A stretch of DNA of 64,000 nt from an uncultured Candidatus Sumerlaeota bacterium (lineage in GTDB: Bacteria > Sumerlaeota > Sumerlaeia > MWCT01 > JAGHBZ01), in assembly GCA_964608095.1 (NCBI GenBank), contig CAZSMK010000003.1, positions 1,076-65,075 of the forward strand, given 5' to 3'. The translations under genes and the position numbers were made by a program. The notes below the pieces were generated by a model. It was given only the letters and a program-made list of their open reading frames with translations. It made no database searches and had not been told where the DNA came from. Positions 17,398-26,928 of this stretch are shown one piece after another. The stretch's first letter is position 1. Each line of letters opens with the position of its first letter.

Positions 17398-20175
17398 ATG
17401 TCTAAAAAGACTTTCATAGTCGGTGCAAAAACGCACAATTTGAAGAACGTGCAATGCTCGTTTCCTCACGGGAAGTTGACGGTACTGACGGGTGTGAGCG
17501 GCTCGGGCAAGTCATCACTGGCGTTCGATACTTTGTACGCGGAAGGTCAACGCCGGTATGTCGAGTCGCTCTCGACGTATGCGCGGCGTTTCATCGAGCG
17601 TATGCCGCGCCCACCCGTTGACCATGTCTATAATATTCAACCTGCCATTGCCATCGAGCAGAAAAACAAGGTGAAAAACGCACGTTCAACAGTGGGTACC
17701 GCAACAGAAATCACGGACTACCTCCGCTTGCTTTTCGCAAAGATCGGTACTGTAATGTGCACCGAATGTAACATTCCCGTCATTGAACATACGCCGGAGT
17801 CGGTGGTGGAAAATCTATTTCATATACTCGAACCGGGGGAGCGCTTCTACATTCTGGCGCCCCTCCATCCGGCACAAACCACTTCATTGAAATCTCTCAA
17901 AGAGGAGCTCATTCGAGCCGGGTATTATCGAGTGTTTATTGAGAACCGGATGGTCGATCTCATGGAGGAAGGGTTTCCGCGCAGAAAAAGAAAGGGGAGA
18001 ATCGGGGAAATCGCCGTCGTGGTCGATAGAATGGCGCTGAAGAATAATCAGCGTGCGCGGCTTACCGATTCGTTGCGAACTGCCTTTCAGATCGGTAAAG
18101 GTGTAGTCATTATCCAGCAGGTTGGAAAAAAACCGATGACCTTTCGAGCAGGACTTGTGTGCGACAGGTGCGGCCGGCACTACAAACGACCCGAGCCACT
18201 GGTCTTTTCGTTTTACAGTCCGTTGGGCGCGTGTCCTACGTGCCAGGGTTTCGGTCGTATAATCACCATAGATTATGACAAGGTGATTCCCGACCCGAAT
18301 CTTTCCTTGAACGAGGGAGCAATTGCGCCGTTTAATTTTCCCGCATTCGAGGAGATGTACGATTATATGCGGGACTCCACAAAGAAGGAAAAGATAGCGT
18401 GGGACACACCATGGAGAGACCTTGATGAGAACACCAAAAAACTTATCATCGAGGGAAAAGGCGATTGGTGCGGTATCAAGGGATTCTTTGGATGGCTTGA
18501 GAGTAAACGATATAAGGTACACTATCGGGTGATGTTATCGCGTTTCCGTGGGTATGTGCCTTGTCCGGATTGTGGAGGAACACGTCTGATAGCAGAAGCC
18601 CGGTCAGTGACCGTGGGTGGTAAGAACATCTCCGTTCTTTCTTCAATGAACATAAAGGATTTGCGAAAATGGTTTCAGGACTTCAAGCCAACGCGCGAAG
18701 AGAAGGCAACCGCCCAACGAATTCTTATAGAGATCCAAAACCGACTGAAATATCTCGATGACATCGGGCTCGGGTACCTGACACTGGAACGTCAAACGAG
18801 GACGCTCAGCGGGGGTGAGGCGCAACGCATTAACCTCGCTACAGCGCTTGGCAGTTCTTTAACAGACACCCTTTACGTGCTCGATGAACCCACGATAGGA
18901 TTACATCCCAGAGATACGGAGCGACTGCTTCGCGTGCTGAAACAGTTGAAAAAAATCGGCAACACGGTCGTGGTCGTGGAACACGATCCTGTCATAATCA
19001 GGGGCTCAGACAGGATAATCGATCTTGGACCGGGTGCAGGCGAACACGGCGGGAATATCGTCTATGAAGGAACAGTCAATAAGCTCAAAGAGTGCCGCAA
19101 CTCGATAACCGCACAATATCTCGATCATGCCCATCCGAAAACGTTACGTAAGACCGTGCGCAGGCCGCGAGGGTTTATCAATATTCAGGGAGCGCACGAG
19201 CATAACCTGCAAAGGATAAATGTCGACATCCCCCTGGGAGTATTCTGCTGCCTGACGGGCGTCAGCGGTTCCGGAAAATCCACGCTTGCCGAAGATATTC
19301 TATACGCCTCGTTTAGCAGGTATCGGCGTCAAGAACCGGTAGAGATGGGAGGGTGCGACGATGTCCGGGGGCTCGAGCAGGTTGACGACATGATCCTGGT
19401 GAATCAGAGTCCTTTAGGACGTTCCGCGCGTTCGAATCCGGCGACCTACACGAAAGCGTATGATGCGATTCGAAAATTGATGGCACAGACGCCGGAGGCA
19501 CGACGGCACAATATCACTCCATCCCACTTTTCTTTTAACGTTCCCGGCGGCAGATGCGAGGAATGTAAAGGTACGGGCACTATCACCATCGAGATGCAGT
19601 TTCTTGCCGATGTAGAGGTGGAATGTGAGAAGTGCGAGGGAAAACGGTTTAAAAAGAAAGTGCTCGATATTCTGTATAACGGGAAAAACATTCACGACAT
19701 CTTGAACATGACAGTTACGGAATCTATGGCGTTTTTTCAGAATTCCGGGGAAGTGGTGAAGGCATTAAGCCCACTGGTGGAGGTAGGGCTCGGTTATCTT
19801 CGGCTGGGACAAAATACGGCGACACTGAGCGGTGGAGAGGCGCAACGGCTGAAACTCGCCAGCTTTCTTATCCGCGCACTTTCTAACCGACAGTCACCAC
19901 ATGATTTCTTGATCTTCGATGAGCCTACTACAGGGCTTCACCCGGCTGACATTGACACACTCGTCAGGGTGTTGCATCTTCTGGTCGACAATGGTTACTC
20001 TATTCTCGTCATCGAACACAACCTCGATCTTATCGTTCACGCCGATTGGATAATCGACCTTGGACCCGAAGGAGGTGACGAGGGAGGAGAGGTCGTGTTC
20101 ACGGGCATTCCGCGTAAACTTCTCGATGTTCCTGCATCGTATACCGCCGAATACCTTTGCGAGGCGATTCAATAA
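17398..20175 (+). CDS. uvrA: Excinuclease ABC subunit A
   Basis: Two Walker A motifs (GVSGSGKS), two LSGGEAQR signatures, zinc fingers, 'AEGQRRYVESLS'. Confidence 0.95.
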   Translation: MSKKTFIVGAKTHNLKNVQCSFPHGKLTVLTGVSGSGKSSLAFDTLYAEGQRRYVESLSTYARRFIERMPRPPVDHVYNIQPAIAIEQKNKVKNARSTVGTATEITDYLRLLFAKIGTVMCTECNIPVIEHTPESVVENLFHILEPGERFYILAPLHPAQTTSLKSLKEELIRAGYYRVFIENRMVDLMEEGFPRRKRKGRIGEIAVVVDRMALKNNQRARLTDSLRTAFQIGKGVVIIQQVGKKPMTFRAGLVCDRCGRHYKRPEPLVFSFYSPLGACPTCQGFGRIITIDYDKVIPDPNLSLNEGAIAPFNFPAFEEMYDYMRDSTKKEKIAWDTPWRDLDENTKKLIIEGKGDWCGIKGFFGWLESKRYKVHYRVMLSRFRGYVPCPDCGGTRLIAEARSVTVGGKNISVLSSMNIKDLRKWFQDFKPTREEKATAQRILIEIQNRLKYLDDIGLGYLTLERQTRTLSGGEAQRINLATALGSSLTDTLYVLDEPTIGLHPRDTERLLRVLKQLKKIGNTVVVVEHDPVIIRGSDRIIDLGPGAGEHGGNIVYEGTVNKLKECRNSITAQYLDHAHPKTLRKTVRRPRGFINIQGAHEHNLQRINVDIPLGVFCCLTGVSGSGKSTLAEDILYASFSRYRRQEPVEMGGCDDVRGLEQVDDMILVNQSPLGRSARSNPATYTKAYDAIRKLMAQTPEARRHNITPSHFSFNVPGGRCEECKGTGTITIEMQFLADVEVECEKCEGKRFKKKVLDILYNGKNIHDILNMTVTESMAFFQNSGEVVKALSPLVEVGLGYLRLGQNTATLSGGEAQRLKLASFLIRALSNRQSPHDFLIFDEPTTGLHPADIDTLVRVLHLLVDNGYSILVIEHNLDLIVHADWIIDLGPEGGDEGGEVVFTGIPRKLLDVPASYTAEYLCEAIQ

Positions 20176-20448
20176 ACGCTTCACAGCATAATAAAAAGGC
20201 GGTTCGTCGCTCTGCAAAGATATGGAGAAACGGATCAGAGAGCCAAGGGTGAAGATAAATAATAGCGGGTTTTTTCTTGAGGAATCTTGTTCGAGACGTA
20301 TAAAAAAAGTTTACCCTTATGCACTATTTACTTTTTTTTCGACATTGATTATTGTATGGTGACAGTAAATTAGTTAAAGTTTTCAGAGGAAGCACACGAG
20401 AGGTTGAAGAAAAGAGAGAGAAAAATCCCTTTTTAAAGGAGGAAGACT

Positions 20449-20763
20449 ATGAAAAAGTATGCTCTGATGCTTGCACTCTTTATTGCAGTCGCCTTGTTGG
20501 CTGGATGTGCATCGACGTATCCTATCGGAACGCTGTACACCGAGCTCAAGCTCCCGGTCGACGCAACGTCGAATACGGGACCTGCCACCAAGGTAGGGAC
20601 TTCGGAATGTATGAGTATCCTTACCCTTGTGGCGCTCGGCGACGCGAGTATCGAAACCGCAAAGAAAAACGGCGGTATAACCAAGGTTCATCACGTCGAT
20701 TGGGATGTGGAGAACATCCTGGGCATAATCGGTAAATATAAGGTTACGGTATATGGTGAATAG
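20449..20763 (+). CDS. TRL-like family lipoprotein
   Basis: Lipobox LLAGC; 'GDASIETAKKNGGITKVHHVD...VYGE'; GGAGG RBS. Confidence 0.8.
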   Translation: MKKYALMLALFIAVALLAGCASTYPIGTLYTELKLPVDATSNTGPATKVGTSECMSILTLVALGDASIETAKKNGGITKVHHVDWDVENILGIIGKYKVTVYGE

Positions 20764-20787
20764 CATCCTGCTGAGTTCTTGAAAACT

Positions 20788-20908
20788 ACCGGGGTCAGAC
20801 CTTCAGTTTACAGTTTGGGTACAACACTGTTTGGTTATTTTTTTTGCTTTCTGTCATAATCATAATCGTCTTGCAGGTAAAACTGTAAACTGAAGGTCTG
20901 ACCCCGGT
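20788..20908 (-). mobile_element. ~120-bp MITE/REPIN-like element, copy 3 (inverted relative to copies 1 and 2)
   Basis: 29-bp perfect arms ACCGGGGTCAGACCTTCAGTTTACAGTTT; core is the reverse complement of the other copies' cores. Confidence 0.85.
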
Positions 20909-21232
20909 TTTCTTCCGGATTGACCGCTCGGTAAACCGCAACACCCTCACCCCCATCGCTTCCAATCTCTTTTGCCTCTCCTTATCCTCATCAAATTTAA
21001 AATCATGAGTTATTCCATCGATCTCTATGGCAAGCATTAACTCCTCACAGAAAAAATCAACAATGTACCTGTCAATCGGTTTCTGCCGATGAAAATCATA
21101 CCCATGAAATGGTTTCTTATTTACAGCCTTCCAGAAAAAGACTTCTCCCAGTGTCATTCTTTTTCTCAAGTTTCTCGCAAGGATTTTAAGCTGCGGATCA
21201 TACGGGGGTTTTTTCGCTGGGTCATGATACAA
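20795..21232 (-). CDS. DUF559 (Vsr-like PD-(D/E)xK) endonuclease, C-terminus overwritten by the repeat element
   Basis: ARNLRK.MT..E...W, FHRQKPI..YIVDF, IEIDG.TH, D..RQ..LE..G.RVLRF; the last ~37 aa are read from element copy 3. Confidence 0.8.
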   Translation of the reverse strand: MYHDPAKKPPYDPQLKILARNLRKRMTLGEVFFWKAVNKKPFHGYDFHRQKPIDRYIVDFFCEELMLAIEIDGITHDFKFDEDKERQKRLEAMGVRVLRFTERSIRKKTGVRPSVYSFTCKTIMIMTESKKNNQTVLYPNCKLKV

Positions 21233-21270
21233 GATTTTGGAGATTTAGATTCGAAACATCAATGATTAAT

Positions 21271-21323
21271 ACACACCCCGTCTGTTCGCCAGGGCGAACA
21301 TCCACCCCTCTCCAAGAGGGGAT
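21271..21323. repeat. Double-hairpin palindromic element upstream of the DUF559 gene
   Basis: TGTTCGCC-AG-GGCGAACA and CCCCTCT-CCA-AGAGGGG. Confidence 0.6.
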
Positions 21324-21434
21324 CTTGAAAAAATGCCCTCGATATGGTATGTTGTACTTAAATGTCTAACTCGCACCCGTCTGATACCTTTTTCAACTCC
21401 CGCACGTGGCATTCAAAAATGCTATGAGTTCCTC

Positions 21435-21463
21435 TTGACTCTTTTTTATACCATATCTACTAT
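21435..21463 (+). promoter_or_regulatory. Putative sigma70 promoter of the hsd operon
   Basis: TTGACT-N17-TACTAT. Confidence 0.55.
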
Positions 21464-21511
21464 GTTTGTATTATTTTTCCATAGGGACGGAAAGGGGGAC
21501 TTTTTCTGGCA

Positions 21512-23089
21512 ATGGCGCGGCGTAAGGGCACGAAAACTCCGAAGAAGAATAGCGGCGCAAACCTTGGTTTTGAAGCCCAGCTCTGGAAAGCGGCGGATGC
21601 GCTTCGGTCCAATATGGACGCTGCCGAGTACAAGCACGTGGTCCTCGGCTTGATCTTCTTGAAGTACATTTCCGACGCGTTTCAGGAGAAGTATGATGCC
21701 CTGAACGCAACGCAGGAAACCGAATTCACCGACCCGGAAGACCGCGACGAATATATGGCGTCAAATATCTTCTGGGTACCAAAGGAAGCGCGCTGGTCGC
21801 ACCTTGTTGCGTCTGCAAAACAACCCGATATAGGCAAGATAGTCGACGACGCCATGCTCGCGATCGAGCGCGACAATCCCACGCTCAAAGGGGTGCTGCC
21901 CAAGGACTATGGGCATCCGCGCCTTGACAAACAGCGCCTGGGTCAGCTCATTGACCTGATTGGTACTATCGGTCTTGGTGACAAGGAGAACCGGTCAAAG
22001 GATATCCTTGGTCGGGTGTACGAATATTTCCTCTCTCAGTTTGCGAGCGCTGAGGGCAAGAAGGGCGGACAGTTCTACACACCCCGCTGTATAGTGCAGC
22101 TCCTGGTCGAGATGCTCTCTCCTTACAAAGGGCGCGTGTTTGATCCCTGTTGCGGTTCCGGTGGCATGTTTGTCCAGTCGGAGAAGTTCGTAGAAGCCCA
22201 CGGCGGACGTGTAGGCGACATCAGCATTTACGGACAGGAATCGAACCATACCACGTGGCGGCTGGCAAAAATGAACCTTGCCCTCCGCGGGATTGACGGC
22301 AATCTCGGGCAGGAGCATGCCGACAGTTTTCACCGTGATCTTCATCCCGACCTCCGGGCTGATTACGTTCTGGCAAATCCTCCGTTCAATGACAGCGACT
22401 GGCGCGGGAATAAACTCACGAGTGACAAACGCTGGAAATTCGGTATCCCGCCGGCGTCAAACGCGAATTTTGCGTGGGTGCAGCATTTTATTCATCACCT
22501 TGCCCCGACTGGCATTGCAGGATTTGTGCTGGCTAACGGTTCGATGAGCAGCAACCAATCTGGCGAAGGTGAGATAAGAAAAAACATCATCGAGGCGGAC
22601 CTGGTGGATTGTATGGTTGCACTTCCGGGACAGCTCTTTTATTCGACGCAGATACCTGTGTGCCTCTGGTTTATTGCGCGAGAGAAAAAGAACAAACGTT
22701 TTGTGGACCGTAGAGGTAAGGTGCTCTTTATAGATGCGCGAAAAATGGGAAGTATGATTGACCGTGTTCACCGTGAGCTGACAGACGATGATATCAGAAA
22801 AATTGCCGACACGTACCATGCATGGCGGGGCGACAAAGACTGTGGAAAGAAATACGAAGACATACCCGGTTTCTGCAAATCCGCCACACTTGATGAGATA
22901 CGCAAGCACAACCATATCCTCACTCCCGGACGCTACGTCGGCGCGCCCGAGATGGAAGACGATGGCGAACCGTTCGAGGAAAAGATGGAACGCCTGACAA
23001 AGCAGCTGACAGAACAATTCGCCGAATCGGCAAGATTGGAGAAGGAGATAAAAAAGAATCTGGAGTCAATAGGGTTTGGAGATCGGTAA
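21512..23089 (+). CDS. hsdM: Type I restriction-modification methyltransferase subunit M
   Basis: [23 protein letters not shown] (SAM binding), ANPPF (m6A catalytic), LTPGRYVG. Confidence 0.96.
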   Translation: MARRKGTKTPKKNSGANLGFEAQLWKAADALRSNMDAAEYKHVVLGLIFLKYISDAFQEKYDALNATQETEFTDPEDRDEYMASNIFWVPKEARWSHLVASAKQPDIGKIVDDAMLAIERDNPTLKGVLPKDYGHPRLDKQRLGQLIDLIGTIGLGDKENRSKDILGRVYEYFLSQFASAEGKKGGQFYTPRCIVQLLVEMLSPYKGRVFDPCCGSGGMFVQSEKFVEAHGGRVGDISIYGQESNHTTWRLAKMNLALRGIDGNLGQEHADSFHRDLHPDLRADYVLANPPFNDSDWRGNKLTSDKRWKFGIPPASNANFAWVQHFIHHLAPTGIAGFVLANGSMSSNQSGEGEIRKNIIEADLVDCMVALPGQLFYSTQIPVCLWFIAREKKNKRFVDRRGKVLFIDARKMGSMIDRVHRELTDDDIRKIADTYHAWRGDKDCGKKYEDIPGFCKSATLDEIRKHNHILTPGRYVGAPEMEDDGEPFEEKMERLTKQLTEQFAESARLEKEIKKNLESIGFGDR

Positions 23090-24562
23090 ATGGCATTGAA
23101 AGTCTTCATAAGTTCAGTCCAGAAAGAGCTCAAGGAGGAACGTAGGGCTGTAAAAAAATATATTATGTCCGATCCACTTCTGAGTCGTTTTATAAGCGAT
23201 GTGTTTCTTTTTGAAGATATTCCAGCGGGGGATCGAAAAGCGGATGACATTTATCTTTCTGAAGTTGAGGCGCGTGATATTTACATAGCAATCCTTGGTA
23301 ACGAGTACGGGTGGAAAAACAAAGATGGGAAATCACCGACAGAACTCGAGTTTGATCATGCCACTTCAACAAATCGTGAACGCCTTATCTTTGTTAAGAG
23401 TGATGATTACAGGACTCGTGACCCGGATATGGCAAAGTTGATCCAAAAAGTGAGCCGACAACTTACTCGTCGCCGTTTCTCAGATACACTTGAATTGATT
23501 CGCGAGGTATATGCAAGTCTTGTTTACAGTCTCGAGAACAGAGGATTGCTCGGAATCTTGCCTTTTGATGGCAGTATATGTGATAAAGCGACGCTTCGGG
23601 ATATTGAAGAAAAAAAGGTCTTGGACTTCGTGAAAACCGCTGAAGCAGAAGGGCGCTTAAAACTCAAAGGCTCCCGTACACCAAAGGCTATATTGGAACA
23701 CTTCAATTTACTCCGAGACGGTAAACCTACAAATGCTGCCATACTATTATTTGGGAAAAATCCCCACCGTTTTTTCAACAATATTCAAGTGCATTGTTTT
23801 CAATACCATGGAACGGAAAAACATAAGCCAATACCATCTCAGAAACCCTTTGAAGGACGGGTTATGGAAGTCATCGATCAATCCGTGGAATTTGTACTGA
23901 ATAAAATTGACAGCCGGGTTGGCACAAGGGAAAAGAGCGTCAGGGCTCCAATAGAATATGAGGTTCCACGATCGGCTATAACTGAGGCAATCGTAAATGC
24001 GGTTGCACATCGTAACTATCGGCATAATGGATTTGTACAGGTCAATGTTTTCTCTGACCGAATCGAGGTCTGGAATCCCGGAGAACTACCGCCGGGTATG
24101 ACCACTGAGATGCTCCGAGAGCCTCATGGTCCTATTCCCCGAAATCCATTAATTGCCGAACCTCTTTTCAGAACTGCTTATATAGAGAAGGCTGGCACCG
24201 GAACGACTGACATGATCGATGACTGCCGGAAAGCCGGACTGCCGGAACCAGACTTTGAACAGCGTGGACCATATTTCGTTACAACGATTTGGCGCGTCTG
24301 GTTAACGGAGGCTGTGATGGATGAGTTGGATTTAACAGTTCAAGAGCGCAATCTAGTTTCATTACTCAAAGCTCAAGGCAGTATTAGTAATAAGGAATAC
24401 CAGAAAGCTTTTAAAGTGTCAAAATCCACAGCTTCACGACATCTTGATGCACTTGTAGACAAGGGTGTTTTAAGCAGGATTGGGTCAACTGGAAAAGGAA
24501 CATATTATGTAATCACAAATAAAGGGCTCAAAGGACTCATAAAGGGCTCAAAGGACTCATAA
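23090..24562 (+). CDS. DUF4062 + RecG-C/HATPase-like + winged-HTH protein
   Basis: KVFISSVQKEL..ER, YG, T.LEFD.A (DUF4062); EAIVNAVAHRNY, RNPLIA, IEKAGTG (HATPase_c_4); C-terminal HTH (SKSTASRHLDALV). Confidence 0.8.
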   Translation: MALKVFISSVQKELKEERRAVKKYIMSDPLLSRFISDVFLFEDIPAGDRKADDIYLSEVEARDIYIAILGNEYGWKNKDGKSPTELEFDHATSTNRERLIFVKSDDYRTRDPDMAKLIQKVSRQLTRRRFSDTLELIREVYASLVYSLENRGLLGILPFDGSICDKATLRDIEEKKVLDFVKTAEAEGRLKLKGSRTPKAILEHFNLLRDGKPTNAAILLFGKNPHRFFNNIQVHCFQYHGTEKHKPIPSQKPFEGRVMEVIDQSVEFVLNKIDSRVGTREKSVRAPIEYEVPRSAITEAIVNAVAHRNYRHNGFVQVNVFSDRIEVWNPGELPPGMTTEMLREPHGPIPRNPLIAEPLFRTAYIEKAGTGTTDMIDDCRKAGLPEPDFEQRGPYFVTTIWRVWLTEAVMDELDLTVQERNLVSLLKAQGSISNKEYQKAFKVSKSTASRHLDALVDKGVLSRIGSTGKGTYYVITNKGLKGLIKGSKDS

Positions 24563-24590
24563 AGGACTCAAAAAGGGCTCATAGGGCTCA
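24521..24590 (+). repeat. Seven tandem 9-11-bp units with core GG(G/A)CTCA
   Basis: AAAGGGCTCA AAGGACTCAT AAAGGGCTCA AAGGACTCAT AAAGGACTCA AAAAGGGCTC ATAGGGCTCA; spans the stop codon at 24562. Confidence 0.85.
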
Positions 24591-24840
24591 GGATCAAGGG
24601 TAAAGGAGATTAAATCGGAAGAGAAATTATAAATCCGCAGTCTATCAGCGAAAGAGGGCATTATGCATAATCTATCATTGATCTATAATCAAGATGTGAT
24701 AATCTATCAAATGAGAAGATATATAGCAGCGTTTTTTATACGAAAATCGACTCGTAATCGGCTGAGATTCTTTCAGTATCTACCGATATTCTGTAGTAAT
24801 CTTCCGATTTCTTAATTCTGGACCACGGGTAACGACCATT

Positions 24841-24924
24841 GAAGAAATTAAAGAATCGGAGAGGTTGGAGAATGAGATAAGAAAGAATCTGGAGAGTTTG
24901 GGATGGGAGATTGAAAAAAAGTAA
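24841..24924 (+). pseudogene. Remnant 3' end of a second hsdM allele
   Basis: Translates EEIKESERLENEIRKNLESLGWEIEKK*, versus the HsdM C-terminus [25 protein letters not shown]; no ATG after the upstream in-frame stop. Confidence 0.75.
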
Positions 24925-24940
24925 TAGGATCAATAAATTC

Positions 24941-26236
24941 ATGGCTTTAAAAGATTGTACATTAGACGATCTTGCGGTTTTTCAAAATGGTAAGAGTTTG
25001 TCTCCATCTATGTATATCTCATCTGGAAAATATCCTGTTTGGGGAGCAAATGGTCAGATAGCGAGAACAGATAAACCTTTATTTGCTCAACCAGTTATAG
25101 TCGTTGGTAGAGTAGGAGCTAACTGTGGTTCTGTCTATTTTATCAAAGAGCCTTCATGGATTTCTGATAATGCAATTGTAGCAACACCCAAAAAAAATGT
25201 AGATTGTCGATTTCTTTATTATCTTATGAAATCTCTTAATCTCGATAGAACATCAATAGGAAGTGCCCAGCCTCTTATTACTCAGGGTGGATTGAAGGTT
25301 GTAAACACAAGTGCTCCAGATATTCCTACTCAAAAAGCCATTGCCCATATCCTCGGTACGCTTGACGACAAAATCGAGTTGACCCGGCGGATGAATAAGA
25401 CGCTGGAAGAGATGGCGCGTGCGATTTTCAAGAGCTGGTTCGTTGACTTCGACCCTGTCATAGATAATGCCCTTGCAGCCGGAAATCCCATCCCCGACAA
25501 GTTCAGAAAAAGAGCAGAAGAACGAAAAAAGAAACAACAACGCAAACCCCTTCCAGCATCCATACAAAAACTCTTCCCCGACTCCTTTCAGGATTCCGAA
25601 TTAGGACCAATCCCCAAAGGGTGGAAGGTGATTAGACTTAACAACATAGCGTCTTTACAACAAAAATCTGTCAAACCAATGAATGAGCCAAATAAACTTT
25701 GGGAACATTACAGCATCCCAGCATTTGATTCTGGAAGAATACCGCTTATAGAAAAGGGATCTGAAATAAAAAGCAATAAATATATGGTACCGATATCAAG
25801 TGTCTTGATGTCGAAGTTAAATCCTAAAACTCCACGGGTATGGATGCCAAATGTCATGAAACCTGAATCAGCCATCTGTTCTACTGAATTTCTGCCGTTT
25901 GTGCCAAAGTATGAAAATTGGCGTCCTTTTCTTTATGAATTATTTAATTCAGATGCGGTTCAACAAGGGATTCTTGCTATAGTAACAGGTAGTACTGGAA
26001 GTCGGCAACGGGTAAAACCCAAGGATGTTAAGTTAATGGAAGTAGTCAACCCATATAAAAATATGATTGAACTTTTTTCTTATCTACTCAATCCAATTTA
26101 TGACAAAATTCTTTTTAATATTCAAGCGTCCCAAAAATTTGCTACAATCCGTGACACCCTCCTCCCCAAGCTCATCTCCGGTGAGATAAGGGTGAAGGAA
26201 GCGGAGCACATTGTAGAGAGGAGCGTATGCTGGTAA
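24941..26236 (+). CDS. hsdS: Type I restriction-modification specificity subunit S
   Basis: Two AT-rich TRDs separated by the conserved spacer QKAIAHILGTLDDKIE...SELGPIPKGW; C-terminal RDTLLPKLISGE. Start moved to ATG 24941. Confidence 0.93.
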   Translation: MALKDCTLDDLAVFQNGKSLSPSMYISSGKYPVWGANGQIARTDKPLFAQPVIVVGRVGANCGSVYFIKEPSWISDNAIVATPKKNVDCRFLYYLMKSLNLDRTSIGSAQPLITQGGLKVVNTSAPDIPTQKAIAHILGTLDDKIELTRRMNKTLEEMARAIFKSWFVDFDPVIDNALAAGNPIPDKFRKRAEERKKKQQRKPLPASIQKLFPDSFQDSELGPIPKGWKVIRLNNIASLQQKSVKPMNEPNKLWEHYSIPAFDSGRIPLIEKGSEIKSNKYMVPISSVLMSKLNPKTPRVWMPNVMKPESAICSTEFLPFVPKYENWRPFLYELFNSDAVQQGILAIVTGSTGSRQRVKPKDVKLMEVVNPYKNMIELFSYLLNPIYDKILFNIQASQKFATIRDTLLPKLISGEIRVKEAEHIVERSVCW

Positions 26237-26928
26237 GGCGAAATGATAATCGCGTGGAGCGGGAATCATTGATTCCCAAACACGGCGGGTATCGGAAGCT
26301 CAAGAGTTTTCAGCTGGCGCAGCTTGTGTATGATGTCACGGTACGGTTCTGTGACCGGTATATTGACAAGCGTAGCCGTACGCATGACCAGATGGTACAA
26401 GGGGCGCGTTCGGGTGTGCAGAACATAGCCGAGGGGAGTCAGGCTTCGGGCACCTCGAAGAAGATGGAGTTGAAGCTAACGAACGTTGCGCGTGCGAGCC
26501 TCGAGGAGTTGAGGCTGGATTATGAAGATTTTCTGCGGCAGCATGGGATGATTCTCCTTCCTCCGGACCATCCGGCGCTGATGCGCTTCAAGCAGAAACG
26601 CTGCTCAACCCTCGATGAGGTTTATGCCCGGGTGGAAGAGGAACAGCAGATTGCACAGAAGAACCACAAAACGACTCACAGACACACACGGACTGCTACT
26701 GACAATCCCGATGATTTGAATAAAGATCCGTCCGTGTCGGTCGGTGGTCGTCAGTGTCAGTCCCTGACTTCTTCAGCGCTCGAGGCTAATGCTGCGTTGT
26801 CGCTGCTCAATATATGCTGCTATCTTCTCGATCGCCAGATCGCGGCTCAGGCGGAATCGTTCGAGAAACAGGGCGGGTTCACCGAACGGTTATACCGAAC
26901 ACGAACATCGAGGAGACGGGATGAATGA
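26227..26928 (+). CDS. Four-helix-bundle (23S rRNA IVP-like) suffix-domain protein
   Basis: [55 protein letters not shown]. Confidence 0.85.
   Translation: MLVRRNDNRVERESLIPKHGGYRKLKSFQLAQLVYDVTVRFCDRYIDKRSRTHDQMVQGARSGVQNIAEGSQASGTSKKMELKLTNVARASLEELRLDYEDFLRQHGMILLPPDHPALMRFKQKRCSTLDEVYARVEEEQQIAQKNHKTTHRHTRTATDNPDDLNKDPSVSVGGRQCQSLTSSALEANAALSLLNICCYLLDRQIAAQAESFEKQGGFTERLYRTRTSRRRDE
26677..26766. repeat. In-frame inverted array of 10-bp-phased heptamers
   Basis: CACAGAC/CACGGAC/TACTGAC at 26677/26687/26697 versus GTCCGTG/GTCGGTG/GTCAGTG/GTCCCTG at 26730/26740/26750/26760. Confidence 0.75.

Noticed and set aside
24640-24715. Recurrent (A)TCTATCA-like words upstream of hsdS
   Set aside because: Short, irregularly spaced and in AT-rich DNA; not distinguishable from chance by eye.
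26227-26928. Diversity-generating retroelement (Avd-like four-helix bundle)
   Set aside because: No reverse transcriptase and no template/variable repeat pair in the window.
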